Positions 58,406 through 64,000 of a stretch of 64,000 nt of DNA are shown here, piece after piece. This stretch comes from the human T2T-CHM13v2.0 reference genome, Homo sapiens. Numbering within the stretch: the first letter of the stretch is position 1; each line of letters starts with the position of its first letter. Location: NCBI RefSeq assembly GCF_009914755.1, contig NC_060928.1, one strand, 5' to 3'. The notes below the pieces were generated by a model. That model was not told the DNA's origin. It saw nothing but the letters and a program-made list of their open reading frames with translations, and ran no database searches. The translations under genes and the position numbers were made by a program.

Positions 58406-60026
58406 AGATTATCAATGAAATATTCAAATATTTAAGAATTGTTAGGCAGTCTTAATTCTAGTAATAAAAAAGTAGCAAATTACTAATAACCTATATATTT
58501 ATTTTATATACTTTATACTAGCTGTAACCTTCCAAATTTAATATAAATTTATTAATTTTTGAGTGATATGAGAAGAGTTTACTTATATCCACTTGTCTAC
58601 TAGTCATAAGTTATTTTATGAATTTGACATCATTGATTACAAAAGACTAAATATTTAAACTGCACATATGGTGAGAAATAATGCTACATATGTAGTATGT
58701 GTAATTTCTTTTCATTTGCTAACTATCAAGTGCTACTTTCAGGAAAAATTTCAAGTGGCAGTGTTTGACACAAATTCAGACTATTATCAGTATTGCTACT
58801 TTTGTAAATGCTAACAATGTAGGAAAAAGGAGCCCATTGACAATTCATGATTAACAATACAGATGCTGAAAATGTAGAAAATTGTATTTTGCTGCATTTT
58901 GCTTAACTGATCTTTCACACTTAGATGATGCACTACCTAGCATTGACAGCCTTGATATATGGTCAGCTATAGCCAGTCATTACCATGTCTAGTACCAAAC
59001 TAAGGTACTGATTTTAGAATTCCCAAGCAATCTTTATAAACTGGAGTAGAATTTACAAGTGTTGACCTTGTATTTGATATGGGAGTGTTAAAGTAACTCT
59101 GTGTTTTCAGCAAAAACTTGCATAGATCATTCAGAGAGGGCTATGTCAGATAAGAAACTAAAACGTAAATTGAAAATACACAAAGATTGTATAGATTAGA
59201 AAATAAGTTCCTACCATGTTTATTTATATTTTCTGCTCCTTCCTCAATCTGGAGAAGGCACTAATCTGATTCTTAGAGCATAGTCTTTGTTGGGCCACAT
59301 TTAATAATGCACATAGTCTACCCTAAAAGCAGGATTCTATCTCCATCCTTTCCATTACATTTTTCTGCTTAAGACATTAGTGGCACCCAAGTCAGCAGAG
59401 CAGACAAGTTTTTTTTTTTTTTCTCTAAATCTACTTGGCTAGGTGGGTACCTCCAGAGCAGTGGCTAGTCAGACTAGGACATTCTTTCTCTGAATGGCAC
59501 CCTGAACAGAACGCTAAATAGACCTATTCCAATGCATGGGAAGTAAAAACAGCCAGATTGCTTGGTAAGACGAAGCTGCATGATGCATTTCAAAGTTTTT
59601 TCGATACCTGCTTATTGTTATTGTGATAGTACAGTAACTTATTAAAATTTAACTGCTTTTTGATAATATCTACAGTGTATACAGTACCTTCTAAAATCCT
59701 GTAAACCAAAAGGAGCAAATGACAGGGCAGAATTTAGTGATTTCTATGTACATGCTACGATACCATGATAATACCAAACTTCACTAGCACCTCTTAAATA
59801 TATTTCCTTCTGATCACAATATTAATGCCAACGTTATTATCAACCAAAACTCCTCTCTTTATGATTTTAAGATCTTCCATATATGTTTTTGCTTTGAACA
59901 GATGTCTGAGATAATTAGAACTATCATAGCAGTTAAATTTTCAGGCAGAACATTTCTGTAATGGACTCTTGAAGAGTTTAACAGATTCATTTAGTAGCCA
60001 TCCACAGTTAAGGCACTTTATCTAAC

Positions 60027-60158
60027 CTTTTGTGGGATCTGGGCAAGGGCTGATGCAATCATGTTGGCACTTTCTTCTGACATGTTACTGATCATCGACC
60101 CCAGAGAAAACACCACAATACCATTTTCTCCAGAGCTCTGCACAAACTCTTCCATTTC
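60027..60158 (-). CDS. UGT2B15: UGT2B15 exon 3
   Basis: 132 nt between cacag and gttag: [44 protein letters not shown]. Confidence 0.96.
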
Positions 60159-61592
60159 CTGTGAAGAAAGAATTTGTTCTATCAGAAAAGAGCAACAGCA
60201 CAGAAAACACTATTGACAGGATTGTTACAAACATCTAAGATGAGAAAGTCAGGAGCTATTGGAGTAATTTTTTTAAACTGACCTAATCATTCAGTTTCTT
60301 TGAAAGGAGATGTGTAATATAATATATGTGGGATCTTTCATGCAAATTTGTGTAAATATGTGTGCATATGCATGTATGTATGTGTGTGTAAGGAGGAAAT
60401 GAAACAAAGCTATGACACTGCAGTAGGAGGAGATAATGCTAGAAAATGTTACACCCAGACACTTTATTTATAATATTATAATTACTAACATAGGTTATTG
60501 GAAGGTAGCTTTACTTGGCTTCAATTCTAATTTTTTTTGTGGTTCTACCAAATCTCTTGTGTTTATTTGGGGTAGTTTTATTTTATTTTATTTTTTTCTG
60601 TTCAGTTCTTTTAGTTAGGAGTCATTGGAGCCATTACATGACTATGAGCAATGAGGAAAAGTTAGTTACAATTGGAATGATATTATATCTACATTTATTT
60701 AGCTTCTAGCTCTCTAACCCTTTATATTTCACTTAAAGTTAGGGTTTCCTAGTCTTACCCCACTACCCCTCACTGCCCCCGACACCCCCACCCCCCAAAA
60801 ACACCTTAAAAGCTGAAGTATAAGAATCACTGACATTCAGCAGTCTGGTATTGTGGTTTGGAATTTCTGGGAAATAGTTCTGAGAATTCCATTTATAATA
60901 CAGTATTATATACTATATAGTTACATAATTAAGTGATCTTATTTCTCAGGTCATTGCTTAGGTATGACTATGACACCTTTTGTCCTGAAATCACACTGTG
61001 AATTTGATGTGCTATGTATAACTGAATGTGGGGGACCCTCATCATCACTTTGCTGTGTCTCACAGGGGGAACTTGAACCACAGTGGGAGAGGTCACCAGG
61101 ACTTTCTCCAGTGGAGATCTGCTCACCCCCTAGAGTAGCTCCCTCACACTATATGAAGCTCCTGGTGAATATGTGTTTGCTTTGAAATGAATGAGAATTA
61201 TTCTGACTTGTGTTTCCTGATGTGTCCCTGTTTTTAAACTTAAATCCATTCTCTAATGCCACATCGCTCAATGTATTCTCACACCAAAAAAAAAAAAAAA
61301 GAGAGAGAGAAAGAGGAAAAGAAATGTAGACCCATAAGTTTCCTGGATATCATATCAAAATTGTATACTCATCTTTTTGTTGCTGTTGTCCCTTTTGTTC
61401 TAAATTCTCTTTTTCTCAGTAAAATAATGACCAACCCCTTCTGTCATAACAAATATACTTTCTGGTCCTAATCATTGGGGGAAATTTCTTTATAAAACTG
61501 TTTACAAATAAAAAAAGAAATTCTAAAATATGTCAATTCAGACCATATATTGGTAAGTATTTTTAAAAAATATAATTTAACTTTATGACATC

Positions 61593-61884
61593 TTTTTTTT
61601 TTTTCCAGATGGAGTCTTTCTCTGTCACCCAGGCTGGAGTGCAATGATGCAATCTTGGCTCATTGCAACCTCTGACTCCCAGGTTCAAGCAATTCTCCTG
61701 CCTCAGTCTCCTGAGTAGCTGGGATTACAGGCACCTGCCACCACGCCTGGCTAATTTTTCTGTTTTTAGTAGAGACAGGTTTCACCATCTTGGCCAGAGT
61801 GGTCTTGACCTCCTGACCTTGTGATCCACCCGCCTCAGCCTCCCGATGTGCTGGGATTACAGGCATGAGCCACTGTGCCTGGCC
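61593..61884 (-). mobile_element. AluS in UGT2B15 intron 2
   Basis: TSD TGACATC at 61586 and 61885. The empty site TTATGACATCAGTTTT is present in the paralog at about 20974. Confidence 0.93.
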
Positions 61885-62794
61885 TGACATCAGTTTTAAT
61901 TGGAGATTCAGTGTATGGCTATTAGAGATAATTCATGAGGCATCCAGGAACTCAGTGTAATTGCAGTTGCCTGTAGCCACATTTAATGTAACTTGAGTTC
62001 AATGTTTTGTCTCATTCACTGCCAAAAGTCTGCTTCACCCACCCAGTATTGAAGTAATAAAACATCTATTTATAGACAGATCAGCACTGATCTCATTCTG
62101 TGATGTCTTTATGAAAGTAATGGTAATAGAAGATCAATGTAAGTAGTTTTATAAAAGTATGAAAATTTAGAAAAAGAAAATCATTTACCCATATCTCTAT
62201 CTCAATTTAAAATGTGTACCATTTCATTATGGGTTTAATTCTATTTATATAACTCAATGTACATATGTGATGTTTATTTAGAAAATTTTATTCTCATTGT
62301 ATATGCCTTTTTATTCTACAAAAAAACTGTGATCTTGTTCTACTCATCATTTTGTTCCTTAGTTTCCAACTATACCTGTACCACGGCTGACAGTGTAATT
62401 AAACATTGTTTTGAAAAAAGGATTGTAATGGCTTGGTATGCACATTATGTAAGTTTTTAACCATTTCTTAATGTAAGATATTTGAATTATTTCCAGAGTT
62501 TTTTTAATGAGTATTTGCTACCGATATTGAATCTTACCATCATGATTTATTCTCTGTACAGTTTCATGTGAGTATATTATAAAGGCAATGCCTATATGCA
62601 TTTTTCAAACACTTGATACTTTTTGGCAAGAGTCTTATTCTTTTGAAATATACAAACATTATCTGAGAATCTAATACATAATGGAAAAGCAAGCAAATTT
62701 GTCGCAACAATTATTTTGTGTACAAAAGAATTAGAGAATCAGTTTCACAATTATTTACTTGGATTCAAGTCTACCTTCTGCAAGTTAACAACAA

Positions 62795-63031
62795 CGGAGG
62801 CTCACACTTGTAATCCCAGCACTTTGGGAGGCTGAGGCATGTGGATCACCTGAGGTCAGGAGTTCAAGACCAGCCTGGCCAACATGGTGAAACTCTGTCT
62901 CTACTAAAAACACAAAGATTAGTCAGATGTGTTGGCAGGTGCCTGTAATCCCAGCTACTCGGGAGGCTGAGGCAGGAGAATCAGATCGCTTGAACCTGGG
63001 GGGTGGAGGTTTCAGTGAGCCGAGATCATGC
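62795..63031 (+). mobile_element. AluS fragment truncated at both ends (no tail, no TSD)
   Basis: Runs CGGAGGCTCAC..GAGATCATGC. The paralogous empty site AACAACAGCTAGT is at about 21858. Confidence 0.9.
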
Positions 63032-63721
63032 TAGTATCAGTAATAATCACTATTGTACTACTAGTCATTTATCCCTTGTCCTTATTCTGCTACTCTCTTC
63101 CCCCTGCTACTGGCACTATCACTTTCTTTTAATGTGAGTGAGGAATTTTTTTTTGAGAATAAGATAAGAGTACACAGAATTACCTTTTAAGCTAGAATAT
63201 TAATGAAGAGCCTCCACCTTTACAATACAACTTTAGCTTTCCAGCTTGTTCAACTGACTGCCCAAACTTAAACATTTACATTTAAACAAGTACACAGAGT
63301 ATCTGTTCTCTAGGACTTTGCTAGAGAATATAATCTTGATGTGTTGGAAAATCAATCACTATTAAATGAAGACTGATATCTTAAATGGCTGGCACATGTT
63401 AGCTAATTTAAAGTATTAAAAATAATGACTGAAATAATCATAATATCAACAATATTTTTGGATCACTGGCTGTGTGTCAGAGACAACTTAAGTGTTTTAT
63501 CTGTGGTAACTACTTTTTTTCCACACAGCACAATATGAAGTTGTGATTATTATTATAAAAGTAGTCATGATTGCTTAAACTCATGTAAAAGTTCCTAAAT
63601 GATCTTTACATTTTACAAACTTGCCTTTTTGCAATATTATACATTGGGAATATTGGGATTTTTTAAAAGGAAATCTGATCATATCTCTTCATTTCTTAAC
63701 TCTTTTCACTCTTTTCAGTAG

Positions 63722-64000
<279 letters not shown>

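Overview
Human genomic DNA (it carries a human-specific AluYb8) from the UGT2B cluster, which established knowledge places at chr4q13. The right third holds exons 3-6 and the 3'UTR of a minus-strand UDP-glucuronosyltransferase whose diagnostic residues identify UGT2B15 (Thr523 allele). Exons 1-2 lie beyond the window. Downstream are a minus-strand unprocessed UGT2B pseudogene (promoter, exon 1, exon 2 without its acceptor, and an intron 2 paralogous to that of UGT2B15), two older plus-strand UGT2B exon-1 relics, and processed pseudogenes of RASGRP2 and UBXN2A. Most of the rest is L1, Alu and LTR/ERV sequence, including a complete MER4A-type provirus in UGT2B15 intron 3. I found no evidence of a new protein-coding system. 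The most notable signals are structural: a probable fossil inversion of about 11.5 kb that split one L1PA and its host L1M, a chimeric young/old L1 whose antisense promoter faces the UGT2B15 3' end, a tail-less and TSD-less Alu fragment confirmed against an in-window paralogous empty site, and a UGT2B15 3'UTR apparently built from retro-insertions. Repeat subfamily names and parent-gene identities come from recalled consensus sequences, not database searches, and repeat boundaries are approximate.
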